DNA of 64,000 nt from Candidatus Micrarchaeota archaeon (GCA_016212525.1 JACRGD010000010.1:527860-591859); one strand, 5' to 3'. Positions 20,249 to 29,946 are shown, counted from the stretch's first letter. The notes: generated from the letters alone by a model not told the origin. A program made the numbers and translations.

Positions 20249-21055
20249 TTAATAGATTACAATTACAGGCTCGAAGTATTTTCGAACGTTGCCCGAGTAG
20301 ACACGAGACTCAAGAGAAGCAACCATTTCTTTCATGCCATCTTCCTTAGAGTGGTGTAGCCATCCAAGTTTCATATTCAGACGGATAATTCGTCCGGGAA
20401 TCAGATGTCTCGTGGACTTTGGCGGAAGCGGAGAGTGTGCCGAAGCAGTCTTTACGATTTCTTCTTTGGTATATGCCCGTCGATAGAGAACGCAGCGACC
20501 CGAGTCGACATGTTTTGTATAATCCTTATCAGGAATATAATCCACGTTGAATTTGGAAATAAGAGAAACCAGATAATTCTGTTCATTGACCATTTCCATG
20601 AGCTTATATGGAGAGGGATTGATCAGATAGCAACCGTCTTTCTTAGTTGTTACCATTGCAGCGGCCTTAAGATCATCTACTGCCTTAGTTCCAACTGCCT
20701 GATCTACTTTTTCGAGCTTCAATTGATCGAGCTTCTTAAGTTGGTCAAGCGGCATATCGACAGAAGGATACCAGGTTCCAACTGTGATTTCCGGACTCAT
20801 ATAATCGACGAGCTGACAGACCGCATTTGGACACTCGATCATCTGTAGAACTTTGAGTCGGTGATGACCATCCAAAAGGACATTGGTCTTGCGATCAACG
20901 ATCAGAGGGTCAACCAGGTGGCCCGTGTTGAGCATGCCTTCTTTGAGCTTGCGAAGATTGTAGGAGACCACTTGTTCGTGAGGAAGAATAGAATTTACTT
21001 CTCTAAATTCCAAAGCGCTTAGCATTTCGTCGACGAGTGCACTCATAAGAACCAC
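20249..21055 (-). CDS. ParB/sulfiredoxin-like domain protein (DGHHR motif)
   Basis: LLDGHHRLKVL in the N-terminal domain. The fold family includes archaeal ADP-dependent serine kinase, but the specific function is not established here. Confidence 0.55.
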   Translation of the reverse strand: MVLMSALVDEMLSALEFREVNSILPHEQVVSYNLRKLKEGMLNTGHLVDPLIVDRKTNVLLDGHHRLKVLQMIECPNAVCQLVDYMSPEITVGTWYPSVDMPLDQLKKLDQLKLEKVDQAVGTKAVDDLKAAAMVTTKKDGCYLINPSPYKLMEMVNEQNYLVSLISKFNVDYIPDKDYTKHVDSGRCVLYRRAYTKEEIVKTASAHSPLPPKSTRHLIPGRIIRLNMKLGWLHHSKEDGMKEMVASLESRVYSGNVRKYFEPVIVIY

Positions 21056-21160
21056 AGTTAGAGGAAAAATTTGTTTGTACTGGTTTAAAAGGTATCGGAA
21101 GAGGGTACGGCAGATGGCGAAAAGAAAGGAAGAAAAAATGACGAAACCGATAAAAGAAAC

Positions 21161-21568
21161 TTACTTATAACTCAAGATTTGTTTAGTAGTTATAACGGAA
21201 ACGGAGTTTTGTTTCATAAAATGAGCATCGTTACTCCAGATGGTCGCATTTTTGGCTAAAGCAGCTGCAATAAATATGACGTCTTTAGGATCAATAGCAG
21301 CAATAATTTCCTTAGATCTGGGCAAAAAGGATTCATAGTCGGATTTGCTTACAATTAGAACATACTTGAAAAGCACCTGTAGAATGACTTTGAATTCTGG
21401 ATCAGTCAAATTCGATTTTTTAAGAATTTCTTTTTTATGATAAAGTAGTTCTTCCAAACCTTTCTCTGGATAATAAAATTCATGTTCAAGAGAAATAATC
21501 TTTGCACGTGTTGTTGAATCTCTGATAAGTGCAGAAATTAAGACGTTGGTGTCAAGAATAACTTTCAT
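21161..21568 (-). CDS. PIN-domain protein (VapC-like toxin)
   Basis: MKVILDTNVLISALI is a typical PIN N-terminus. The start overlaps the upstream small ORF by 4 nt. Confidence 0.75.
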   Translation of the reverse strand: MKVILDTNVLISALIRDSTTRAKIISLEHEFYYPEKGLEELLYHKKEILKKSNLTDPEFKVILQVLFKYVLIVSKSDYESFLPRSKEIIAAIDPKDVIFIAAALAKNATIWSNDAHFMKQNSVSVITTKQILSYK

Positions 21569-21795
21569 AAAAGACCCAGCTTTTTTGCAGTAGCCAGATC
21601 TATCTTTTGAGCCAGAGCAGCAACATCTTCCGAGGTCAATTTGCTCTTAGAAGTTAGTTTTTCCATTAGTTCTAGATCCTTGATCCTCTGTTCAATCATA
21701 TTTCGGAGAGTGGCGCTCCAACTAATTTCATCGTGTTGTTTCATCTTATCATAAGTTTCCTTCGGGAGGGAAAGAGTAACATTTACAGATACCAT
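21565..21795 (-). CDS. Small putative antitoxin partner of the PIN protein
   Basis: 76-aa ORF immediately upstream, translationally coupled to the PIN gene. Confidence 0.55.
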   Translation of the reverse strand: MVSVNVTLSLPKETYDKMKQHDEISWSATLRNMIEQRIKDLELMEKLTSKSKLTSEDVAALAQKIDLATAKKLGLL

Positions 21796-21859
21796 AAATT
21801 CACCTTATGTGTAAATATGTGAAAACACGAATTTAAAAAAGTATGTAAAATATTAAGGA

Positions 21860-22744
21860 TTACCATTTACTCTGGAATACGCCAGCGACCCGAAGCTTTT
21901 GGTTGCTCGCATCAATAATGAGCATTGAATCGCCTTTCTCAAATGCCAGAGGGGCAGAGAGAGTCAGATCGTTTTCAGTAACATGACCCTCGACATATTG
22001 CATATTCAAATATGCATAGATTTTGCCCTTTATTTCATCCTTGAAAAACGGACTTTTAGTGAATTTACCATTTACGATATTTTGAACCTCGAATCCGTGT
22101 CTAAGTGGAGCCAGGATTCCGTGCTGGATCAAATCACCCTTATATGCGATTTCGAAATGAGATATGGCCGAGAGTTCTTCTGGCTCGGAGCCACCAGAGT
22201 GAACCGATCTTACTTCAAGATCCTTAGCCTCGGGTAAGAGGAACATCTTATCCGCCTTTTTAACTTTTCCGCCTCTAAGAACGCCGAAAGCCACATGACC
22301 ACGTGAGGGAATGTTTTCGGTTTTGTAAACTAATCCGAATGCGTTTTCACCGCTAGATGATGCGGATGCGGCAAGGATTTTTTCCTTCACAGAAGCAACA
22401 TATGCTACTTTATCGTATTTTGCAAGAACAGTCCCGTTGACTGGCAACTGTAGGCTCGAAACGATAATTCCGCGCTCAGCCTTGATCGAGTTTAGTGCGA
22501 CAAGCAGCTCGCCGACTTTTGGCGTTAGTGTATCGACAATAAGAACTACATAGTCAGACATAGATAATGAATGGAGAAGAGGCTGGATCTTTTCTGGATA
22601 ATGAACTGGATCGATCAGGTAAATTTTACGATCTGGGGCATCCATTGAATATAGTGCAAATTCGTCCCTGCTAATCTCTTTTCCCATTGATTTGCAAAAG
22701 CTTTCGCGCAATTCCGGCTTATCAGATAATACAGTGACAAACAT
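21860..22744 (-). CDS. EF-Tu-like protein with a degenerate G domain
   Basis: GHVAFGVLRGGKVKKADKMFLLPEAKDLEVRSVH resembles the EF-Tu domain-2 beta-barrel. I could not find a GxxxxGK P-loop in the N-terminal part. Confidence 0.5.
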   Translation of the reverse strand: MFVTVLSDKPELRESFCKSMGKEISRDEFALYSMDAPDRKIYLIDPVHYPEKIQPLLHSLSMSDYVVLIVDTLTPKVGELLVALNSIKAERGIIVSSLQLPVNGTVLAKYDKVAYVASVKEKILAASASSSGENAFGLVYKTENIPSRGHVAFGVLRGGKVKKADKMFLLPEAKDLEVRSVHSGGSEPEELSAISHFEIAYKGDLIQHGILAPLRHGFEVQNIVNGKFTKSPFFKDEIKGKIYAYLNMQYVEGHVTENDLTLSAPLAFEKGDSMLIIDASNQKLRVAGVFQSKW

Positions 22745-22808
22745 AGAGACACCATAACATTAACACGAGCAAGATTTATACTACTTGGTAACTTGGTGAA
22801 TCTTAAGA

Positions 22809-23234
22809 TCAGATTAATATTTTCTCAAAATGCGCATCGTTCCATTTCTTATTTTTTCCCCGACCGCGCCACATCGGTTTATGCCAGATCCACAATTCAA
22901 AAGACATGCCCGCTAACCCATGATCGACCATGAACTTTCGGATGTCGGATTGGTGTTCGGGGTATTTTGTCTGGGCGCTTCCATAATGCTTGACGGAAAC
23001 GAATTTCCAGCTAGTACCTTTGACAGCAATAACGTCGAAGATATCCGCTACATCAATACCACGGAACATTGGACCGAGTTTAACAGTCATAGACCTAAAT
23101 ATAACTCGCCAACCTTCTTTTTCCAGTTGTTTTTGACAGAGGAGTTCCTTACGTGCACCTTTCTTTTTAGTATTGATACGCTTTGGGGATTTAACCGAAG
23201 CAGAATCAACAGAACCCAAATCACCAGTATCCAA
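22809..23234 (-). CDS. Putative PD-(D/E)xK-fold nuclease (Hjc-like arrangement)
   Basis: KKGARKELLCQKQLEKEGWRV...GIDVADIFDVIAV...WKFVSVKH parallels the Hjc pattern KG..E......L...G...D(n)ExK. Ser sits at the usual Glu position. Confidence 0.45.
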   Translation of the reverse strand: MDTGDLGSVDSASVKSPKRINTKKKGARKELLCQKQLEKEGWRVIFRSMTVKLGPMFRGIDVADIFDVIAVKGTSWKFVSVKHYGSAQTKYPEHQSDIRKFMVDHGLAGMSFELWIWHKPMWRGRGKNKKWNDAHFEKILI

Positions 23235-23519
23235 AGAAACCCCAAATCAGATAGCAGAGCAATATTTAAGAATTAGAGAACTTTAAGCGGATCAAGAATA
23301 CATCAAAATTCCAACCAAAATCAGAAGATCGAGAATCACAAAAAGGACATTCGAGATAATTATTCGTTATCCCTGTGAACAGTGCCGAAACACCCGCAGC
23401 GCTCTTGATAGTCCAGATCGATAACAATTGTGGCGCAGTCATAATAATGCCAAATGCGGCGACCAGAAGAACACGGGAATCGAGCTTCGATTTGAGCGAG
23501 TCCTTTGGTTTCGTTTCCT

Positions 23520-24233
23520 TTAGCCCGAACCGCAATAAAGCGACACGTCCACATTCATTTCTCTGGAGATTGCTGCAACTTGAGCTTTTAGGAGAGGAGA
23601 TAAAAGCAGATCTGGATCAGCAGCAACCAGCTCAAGAGCCACAGACACAGAGTCAAAATCAGCACGGAGAGACTTTAACGAATCGATTAGAGAAGAATCT
23701 GGTCCATGAGATTCCACACGAGAAACTAGAGTCAAACCGATACCCAAATTGCTAGCAGTAGCAAAAAGAGAGCGTACATTATCAGGTTCATAGTCAACGA
23801 TCGCTTCCAGATCAGTAAGTCGAATCGGATTTGTTAGTGACCATAGACCAGCTCGATCAGGAGCTACAAGAACCGTATTTCTAAGGGCTCGAAGTATTGC
23901 TTTCCCCAGAGGACTAAGAACCTCATCAACAGAAGCACGAACTCCGAATATGGCCGGCTTTAGCGCAGATACGATATCCAAGGCAGTGCTGGTCAGATGA
24001 TACATATGAAGATCTGATGCTTTCGAACCAGGATGCAAAGAAGATGGGACAGAGCGAAGCTCAACTGCGAGCTTTGCGGATGGATCGATAAGGGGAAGCT
24101 GTGCAAAGCCAGGCATGTTTTTAATTGACTCTCCTGGACTTGGATTTTCAACCACTACCACAAAGTGTCGGGTAACCGGAAAATCAACAGAGCGGATAAA
24201 AACACGCTTAGTAAGTAACGGAATAGTAGACAT
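23520..24233 (-). CDS. Hypothetical protein, Lys-poor (8 K in 237 aa)
   Basis: Long ORF. No motif recognised. Confidence 0.5.
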   Translation of the reverse strand: MSTIPLLTKRVFIRSVDFPVTRHFVVVVENPSPGESIKNMPGFAQLPLIDPSAKLAVELRSVPSSLHPGSKASDLHMYHLTSTALDIVSALKPAIFGVRASVDEVLSPLGKAILRALRNTVLVAPDRAGLWSLTNPIRLTDLEAIVDYEPDNVRSLFATASNLGIGLTLVSRVESHGPDSSLIDSLKSLRADFDSVSVALELVAADPDLLLSPLLKAQVAAISREMNVDVSLYCGSG

Positions 24234-24282
24234 AAGCCTAGATGTGATAAAGAAGGATTTTTATTGTAATAAGAACGCTGGT

Positions 24283-25272
24283 TCAAAGTCTGGTCTTAGA
24301 CGGAGATCTCGCTCTGTGACATAGTCTTTCATAATTTGGACGTATAAATAAGGCTTCCAGTGGAGGCAGATATGGACTGCGAACATCAACGGTATTTTTA
24401 GAACCCAGAACAGGCATCCGAGGCTTAAGCTTCCTGAAAATTGCATGTGCATCCCGGATTGCAGTCTTTGCAGCAGAACCGACAGTACGATTGTCATAAA
24501 GGTCATAAATATCATGAAGATCATCAAGACGATGGGGAGAAAGAGATTCTAACCTTGCTGAACCAGAAGACAGATTCAAAATTCCAAGCCTAAGAACTCC
24601 GCTTCGTAAGAGTGCAATTGAATCATTCCGATCTGGATCGGATGCAACAAGGTTATCGACATCTCGAACCAGCATAACAAGACGATAAGGAGACAACTCA
24701 GACCTATCGATCGAATACTGCTTAGAAAAAGTAAACATAACCACAAAATCAGCGCCACCAAAAAGGTAATTCGGATCTGCAGCAGGCAGCCAGGACGAAA
24801 TATTAGTGGTTAAAATAAACTCCTTATTTCGACTAACAGAATGTGGAATCATGCGATCAAATCTAAGAGGCACACCCAGATCTTCAAAGGCGATTGGTGC
24901 TGGAACACCAGTTGGATATGGAGTATGCAGATCAGATGCCCAGGGAGTTGTATCCAGATTTATTTTTTCACCAGTTTCAGGACATGTAATCTGGACATAA
25001 TTTTGAGTATTTCCATCATGTAGAAATTGAAGTACGGTCGGAGCAAGCTGGGGATGATGCTCTAGAATATCATCATATAAAGCCATTGCAATGCTCATGC
25101 AATCCCGATGAACTGCGCCAGCAGTAAAAGCGAAAAAGAGATCAGCAACAGGAGTTAGAAACAGCTCCCATCTTCCGCCAAGAAGAAAAGGCCTAAAGCC
25201 AATTTCAGACTCGTGTACCTTATGCCGCTCGCAATATAATTGTGAGAGATCTTGTGTTTCTTTTGAAACCAT
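24283..25272 (-). CDS. Hypothetical protein, Lys-poor (10 K in 329 aa)
   Basis: Long ORF. No motif recognised. Confidence 0.55.
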   Translation of the reverse strand: MVSKETQDLSQLYCERHKVHESEIGFRPFLLGGRWELFLTPVADLFFAFTAGAVHRDCMSIAMALYDDILEHHPQLAPTVLQFLHDGNTQNYVQITCPETGEKINLDTTPWASDLHTPYPTGVPAPIAFEDLGVPLRFDRMIPHSVSRNKEFILTTNISSWLPAADPNYLFGGADFVVMFTFSKQYSIDRSELSPYRLVMLVRDVDNLVASDPDRNDSIALLRSGVLRLGILNLSSGSARLESLSPHRLDDLHDIYDLYDNRTVGSAAKTAIRDAHAIFRKLKPRMPVLGSKNTVDVRSPYLPPLEALFIRPNYERLCHRARSPSKTRL

Positions 25273-25481
25273 GATGCTTGAATAAATACAACAATTAAAA
25301 AAGAGTAAAGAAATGAACGAATGAGTTTAAATCTGAATAAACATCGAACGATAATAAATCAGAGCTCAGGACTTTTGACCAAACCATTTACTCGCGAGCT
25401 GAAATGAATCAATGGAGGGCAGCGAAACCAAGCGAGATAAGGCGAAAGCAAACTCACCATTAGAGAATTAGTATAAAGATT

Positions 25482-25552
25482 TGCGCTCGCCGGGAATTGA
25501 ACCCGGGCCGCGAAATTGGCAATCTCGAATCATACCGTTAGACCACGAGCGC
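25482..25552 (-). tRNA. tRNA-Gly (GCC), no intron, CCA not encoded
   Basis: The reverse complement folds as GCGCTCG-TG-GTC/TAACGGTAT/GAT-T-CGAGA/TTGCCAA/TTTCG-CGGC-CCGGG/TTCAATT/CCCGG-CGAGCGC-A. Confidence 0.9.
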
Positions 25553-25765
25553 AAAGAAAATCAGTACAAACTAGCCATTTGCTACTAGTAAGATGATAGC
25601 AAAGCAATATAAAAGTTATTAGGAGCAGCACGGACTTAAGGAAGCATAAACAGAGATAATTTGACTACTTTTTAGTCACTGTTTTCTAAGCTTAGGAATA
25701 TTTAAATTTAATCATTTTTTTACATAAAAACAAACATTTATATAGTTCCTTTGCTCAATAAACTT

Positions 25766-27916
25766 ATGCCTTCTACTTCAGATTATTATGCCATATTGGG
25801 AGTCCCATCCAACGCGGGCCCGGGCATGATAAAAGAGGCGTATCGGGAAGCAGCTAAGAAAAATCATCCGGATAAGTATGAAAATGCACCTAAAGCAGAG
25901 CAAGATGCTGCTGTAGCTAGACTCACGGAATTAAATGTAGCATACGAAGTCCTTGGAGATGTAGATAAACGAGCAGAATATGATGGTTTTATCGAGGATC
26001 CAACGAACCCTTATCCTTATCGGCATTATCGAAATCCAGCGAGCCTTTTATACGTACAACGAGACATCGATCAAGCACAGGGGAATTTAGAACAATTAAG
26101 AGATATCGCATTTAGTCCATCCGAACAGGCAGTAAGAAATCTAGCAGTTGTTCCGTTACTCGAAACAGAGGATCTTAACCTTTTATCAAGGATTGCAAAG
26201 GGAGACTTTGAACCGAAAATATGTGCAGCTGCACAATCAAAGGTCGCAAGTGCAGCAACAAAGGCCGCAAGTGCAAAAACAGCGGATTTGCTAGATAAGG
26301 GAAACTATGTAGAAGCGATCCGACTTGCAACAAGTGCAAAGGAACTTCCCGAAATACGAAGAGTCGCCACTAAAGTGGCAATAGTAATCTTTAGTCGTTT
26401 AGCTGTGCAGGATAAAATTTCGGACGAGATGGTCAAGGAGTATCTCCATCATTTGGTTTTAGGTGATCTTAGGCATGCTCAACGTGATGAAGAGCACACG
26501 CAAAGCATTGTCCCCATTGAAACCCGAGTATCTATTGGGAATCGGATTATTGATTATTATAAGGGAAAAGGAGAAGCAAAAGTACTTCTAAAGTTAGAGG
26601 AAGAAAAGAGCGCCTACTTGCCACGAGCACTTCTAGGTAAATTTGCCCAAGCCGCAGTTGGGATTTATGTAGAGGCTGGAAAAAGAAATGAATTACTAGA
26701 ACTCTTAGAACGTTCATGGGCACTAAGAGGTTCGGTCGACTTGGTTATAAATGGAATCATAACGATTGCTCAAAAAACCACTCCAGGACAAACAAATGAT
26801 TTTGTTGGTACTACAAGAGCCGCAATCGATAGACTCGAATATTCTTCGGGTGAAAGCAGTTACGCAATCGAAAAGCTAGTTATCGGACTAATCGACAAGT
26901 CAGTAGAAAGTGGAAGCCGAGCAGTTGTCGATATGCTAAATCACCGGATTAACCCGCCACAGTCTCGCATGTTCAGTATAGGCTCACGTTTTGATGAACC
27001 ACGAAAAAGATTACCATACGATATTCAAGATAAAGTTGAGTCTGCCCTTAGAATATTTAGGGAAAAAGAAGAAGCTGAAAGGGCAAGAATAGCTGCAGAA
27101 GCACTGGCGGCTAAGCAGAAGGCAGCTGCAGAAGCAAGATTAGCTGAAGCAGAAAGAATACGACAAGCCGCAGCAGCATGCACTCCGGCTGAGCTCGATG
27201 CTCTTTTAACTAAACTAAGAGAAGCGAGAGAGCATGACCCGAATAGGAAGAGATTAGGCAGGGAAGTACTCGGAATCTGCAAAGCCCAGGAAAATATATT
27301 AAAGCTTGAAGAAATAGCCCTAACAACGGACAGATCTGGTTATCTTGTATATCCATACGACATAGCAGGAGAAGCCCAGGCCGAATTAGTCAGGATAGGA
27401 AAGGAGATCAAAAGTCTGCCATTACTTATGAAGCTTGCAAAACATGACAAATGCCAAGAGTCAGAAGCCGCTGGCGAAGCTGCAATTGCCATCTGTATTG
27501 ATACAAACGACTTGCCAAATCTTAAAGAAATGGCTCTAACAACAGACAGATCAGGTTATTGTGTATATAAATACAAAGTCGCAGATCATGCCCAGGCAGC
27601 CCTAGTTAAGATTGGGAAGGATACCAGGATTCTTCCATTACTAATGGAGCTTGCAGAAAACTACACTCACCATGATGATCGTCAAAGGGATGCAAGCGCC
27701 GCAGCGATAGAACTGTGCGTCGAGACAATGGACATGACAAACCTTGAAAAAATGACCGAACGTAAGGGAGGTTATGCCAGGTATCCATATGCCGAACGAA
27801 GAGCTGAGGCTGAATTAAAGAGGCTAAGAACGGAAACGGGTGCAGTTGCGACTAAAATGGCTGCTGGATTAAAACAACCAGCTCAGCCAGGAGCCGCTAA
27901 GCGAGTGAGTGGTTAA
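25766..27916 (+). CDS. J-domain (DnaJ-like) protein with a long helical repeat region
   Basis: DYYAILGVPSNAGPGMIKEAYREAAKKNHPDKY contains the HPD motif. An Ala/Glu/Lys coiled segment and three tandem ~72-aa units follow. ATG 25766 lies 22 nt downstream of TTTATATA (25737-25744). The ORF track starts at TTG 25751. Confidence 0.85.
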   Translation: MPSTSDYYAILGVPSNAGPGMIKEAYREAAKKNHPDKYENAPKAEQDAAVARLTELNVAYEVLGDVDKRAEYDGFIEDPTNPYPYRHYRNPASLLYVQRDIDQAQGNLEQLRDIAFSPSEQAVRNLAVVPLLETEDLNLLSRIAKGDFEPKICAAAQSKVASAATKAASAKTADLLDKGNYVEAIRLATSAKELPEIRRVATKVAIVIFSRLAVQDKISDEMVKEYLHHLVLGDLRHAQRDEEHTQSIVPIETRVSIGNRIIDYYKGKGEAKVLLKLEEEKSAYLPRALLGKFAQAAVGIYVEAGKRNELLELLERSWALRGSVDLVINGIITIAQKTTPGQTNDFVGTTRAAIDRLEYSSGESSYAIEKLVIGLIDKSVESGSRAVVDMLNHRINPPQSRMFSIGSRFDEPRKRLPYDIQDKVESALRIFREKEEAERARIAAEALAAKQKAAAEARLAEAERIRQAAAACTPAELDALLTKLREAREHDPNRKRLGREVLGICKAQENILKLEEIALTTDRSGYLVYPYDIAGEAQAELVRIGKEIKSLPLLMKLAKHDKCQESEAAGEAAIAICIDTNDLPNLKEMALTTDRSGYCVYKYKVADHAQAALVKIGKDTRILPLLMELAENYTHHDDRQRDASAAAIELCVETMDMTNLEKMTERKGGYARYPYAERRAEAELKRLRTETGAVATKMAAGLKQPAQPGAAKRVSG

Positions 27917-28074
27917 TCTTTTTGTCATTCTTTCAGTTCAGGTTAACAACAATCAGTTCACTTCTGAAGTTATCTAGCTTTTAGCTCGAAAGCAAACTTC
28001 ACCACACCAGAATGAGCTACGAGAACTCATAACAAACGAGCAATACGGAAACTCATTTGAAGAGGTGATAAAAC

Positions 28075-28266
28075 ATGCTGCTTAAGCAAATCGTAACAAG
28101 AAAGAATCTTATCAAAGACGGATTAACTAGCGAGAAGATTCGATCAATGACTATTTCACTTGCACTATTTCCAACTCCATTTGAGCAGATTTATTACGTA
28201 CCGACTCCAGAGGAAAGAAAATCATCTAGCCTTGACAATTCCAGGATTATCCTAACACACTACTAA
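28075..28266 (+). CDS. Small 63-aa ORF with a strong SD
   Basis: GAGGTGA lies about 6 nt upstream of the ATG. No function assigned. Confidence 0.35.
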   Translation: MLLKQIVTRKNLIKDGLTSEKIRSMTISLALFPTPFEQIYYVPTPEERKSSSLDNSRIILTHY

Positions 28267-28341
28267 CACAAATATCCATAAAAATAAACATTTATAAATG
28301 TTTAACACCATATATGATATGAAATAAAATGAGGTTACATT

Positions 28342-28830
28342 ATGGCAGTTGCAACTCAAACAAATCAAGGAAAAATTGGTGCAGAATTTACTGGTCCTCG
28401 TACTAAGACATTTAAGGATCCATATGCAAACTCAACACTACCTCCAGATATGATAGCTCGCATAAAGACTGGAAATATGGGGGGACCTGGCGTTGCCTTC
28501 TTTGGTCATATGACCGCTGCTGCACTTTATACAGGGGCAGTCCAAAAGGGAGACCATAAGGGTGCTGAAGAGGCATTACAAGTGATTCTTGGTTTTGGCA
28601 ATGAGAGAAAAGAAACTCTGGGCTTGATTGCCACTGCATTCGGGGAATATGGTGCTCAGGAGGAGCGTGGACTTGTGTTTGCTCGTCTGTATGCCCTTAC
28701 CGGAGAGTCCAGGTATAAAGAATTTGCTGCAACTGCAATGAAAGAATGTAGAGCATCCGATAATGCAGAGGGAGCAGAAAGAGTCCAGGATGCGTTGAAC
28801 CTAGTTGATATGCAAAAGAAGAAAAGTTAA
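28342..28830 (+). CDS. Hypothetical protein
   Basis: TTTATAAAT at 28291-28299 and a TGAGGT SD-like element lie upstream. A T-rich tract follows the stop. Confidence 0.55.
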   Translation: MAVATQTNQGKIGAEFTGPRTKTFKDPYANSTLPPDMIARIKTGNMGGPGVAFFGHMTAAALYTGAVQKGDHKGAEEALQVILGFGNERKETLGLIATAFGEYGAQEERGLVFARLYALTGESRYKEFAATAMKECRASDNAEGAERVQDALNLVDMQKKKS

Positions 28831-28941
28831 TCTGCATTTCAGTATTCTTTTAATTCGTTTAATTTCTAATTTTCAAATTTTTTTAGTTTACTACAAAACA
28901 TTCATCTGAGATCTGTTGAATAATTAGGTAGAGATCAAAAA

Positions 28942-29199
28942 TTACACTGGCTTAAGCAAACCAGAAGATTGTTGCTGAATGAACCCGGCAGCACCGGCAA
29001 TAGCCCCAACAATTACTCCGCCAACAACCATGCTAATGGCAGCTACTTGCCATTTTCCCCGAACTTCTGCAGGCTGGGTATTTGAAAGACCATACATGAT
29101 TCCTCCAAGAAGAATAAGAATCAGGGATATGACTGGAGCGATACCACCTAAAAAAGACTGGATATTAGTAGCTAAAATTTCAGCGCCGATTGCCATCAA
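28942..29199 (-). CDS. Small two-TM helical-hairpin membrane protein
   Basis: 85 aa with two hydrophobic helices (APVISLILILLGGIMYGL and VAAISMVVGGVIVGAIAGAAGF) separated by a short polar loop. Confidence 0.55.
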   Translation of the reverse strand: MMAIGAEILATNIQSFLGGIAPVISLILILLGGIMYGLSNTQPAEVRGKWQVAAISMVVGGVIVGAIAGAAGFIQQQSSGLLKPV

Positions 29200-29281
29200 A
29201 ATTAGATATTAAATGAAAGCATTTAAAGAGATTCACAAAACTACATATTAATAATGTTACATAAAATAGAATAAAATCAGC

Positions 29282-29911
29282 ATGAGACATCTTATTTCTG
29301 ACAGAGTAGGCACAAAAATACACAAATTAACAGCCCTAGTGTGTGTAATAGAAACAGTTGCAGCACTCGCATGTACAAGTAGAGCAGCAGTTAGAAGACA
29401 GACAATCAGAGCAGAACCGATCTTAGAAGAATGCCAGATACGAGGGAATAGAATATATAAGAGTGGAGAATTCGGAGAAACTGCCATAATTCCAGAAACG
29501 CTCAGACCAATAGACCAGCGCTGTAGCGGGAATCGGGCTTTTATACTAACGGCAAATATGCTTTATACACTACCTTTTGAACATCCATTACAAACACGCG
29601 CGCAGCTATTGGAAGAGCCAACAACGATGAGCGATATAGATGACATACGAAAGCGAGGGATAGTTTCATGGACGGCTACATCAAGAGGAGCATGTTTCAT
29701 AACCCGCGATTCGCAGCTATTTACGATATCGATAACCGGGGGGAGAAATCGTCAGTTCAATCTCCGCGCAGATTTAAGTGCTGCTAATATTCGTAGCTGT
29801 ATGGATCAAGCACTGTGTATAGACAATGCCGCAGACAGAGGAACACAAGGAAGAATAGTTTTGGGATTTAGAAACGATCAAGTCCAGAGCTACACTTTTT
29901 ATCCTCAATAG
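29282..29911 (+). CDS. Hypothetical protein, Arg-rich (weak call)
   Basis: 209-aa ORF convergent with the 694-aa gene. No motif recognised and the start is uncertain. Confidence 0.4.
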   Translation: MRHLISDRVGTKIHKLTALVCVIETVAALACTSRAAVRRQTIRAEPILEECQIRGNRIYKSGEFGETAIIPETLRPIDQRCSGNRAFILTANMLYTLPFEHPLQTRAQLLEEPTTMSDIDDIRKRGIVSWTATSRGACFITRDSQLFTISITGGRNRQFNLRADLSAANIRSCMDQALCIDNAADRGTQGRIVLGFRNDQVQSYTFYPQ

Positions 29912-29946
29912 AAAAGTAGAGAGAAACAAGAAAATTTAGAAAAAGA

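Noticed and set aside
20405-20848. 147-aa plus-strand ORF antisense to the ParB-like gene
   Set aside because: It is a shadow frame with no start context.
23266-23755. ORFs 23266..23535 (-), 23360..23554 (-) and 23375..23755 (+) in the gap after the nuclease gene
   Set aside because: They overlap one another and overlap the 3' end of 23520..24233. There is no promoter box, SD or motif, so they cannot be supported.
22809-25552. Integrated element next to tRNA-Gly (nuclease plus two ORFans adjacent to the tRNA)
   Set aside because: I saw no integrase and no direct repeat of the tRNA 3' end. The ORFans share the composition of many others scattered through the window.
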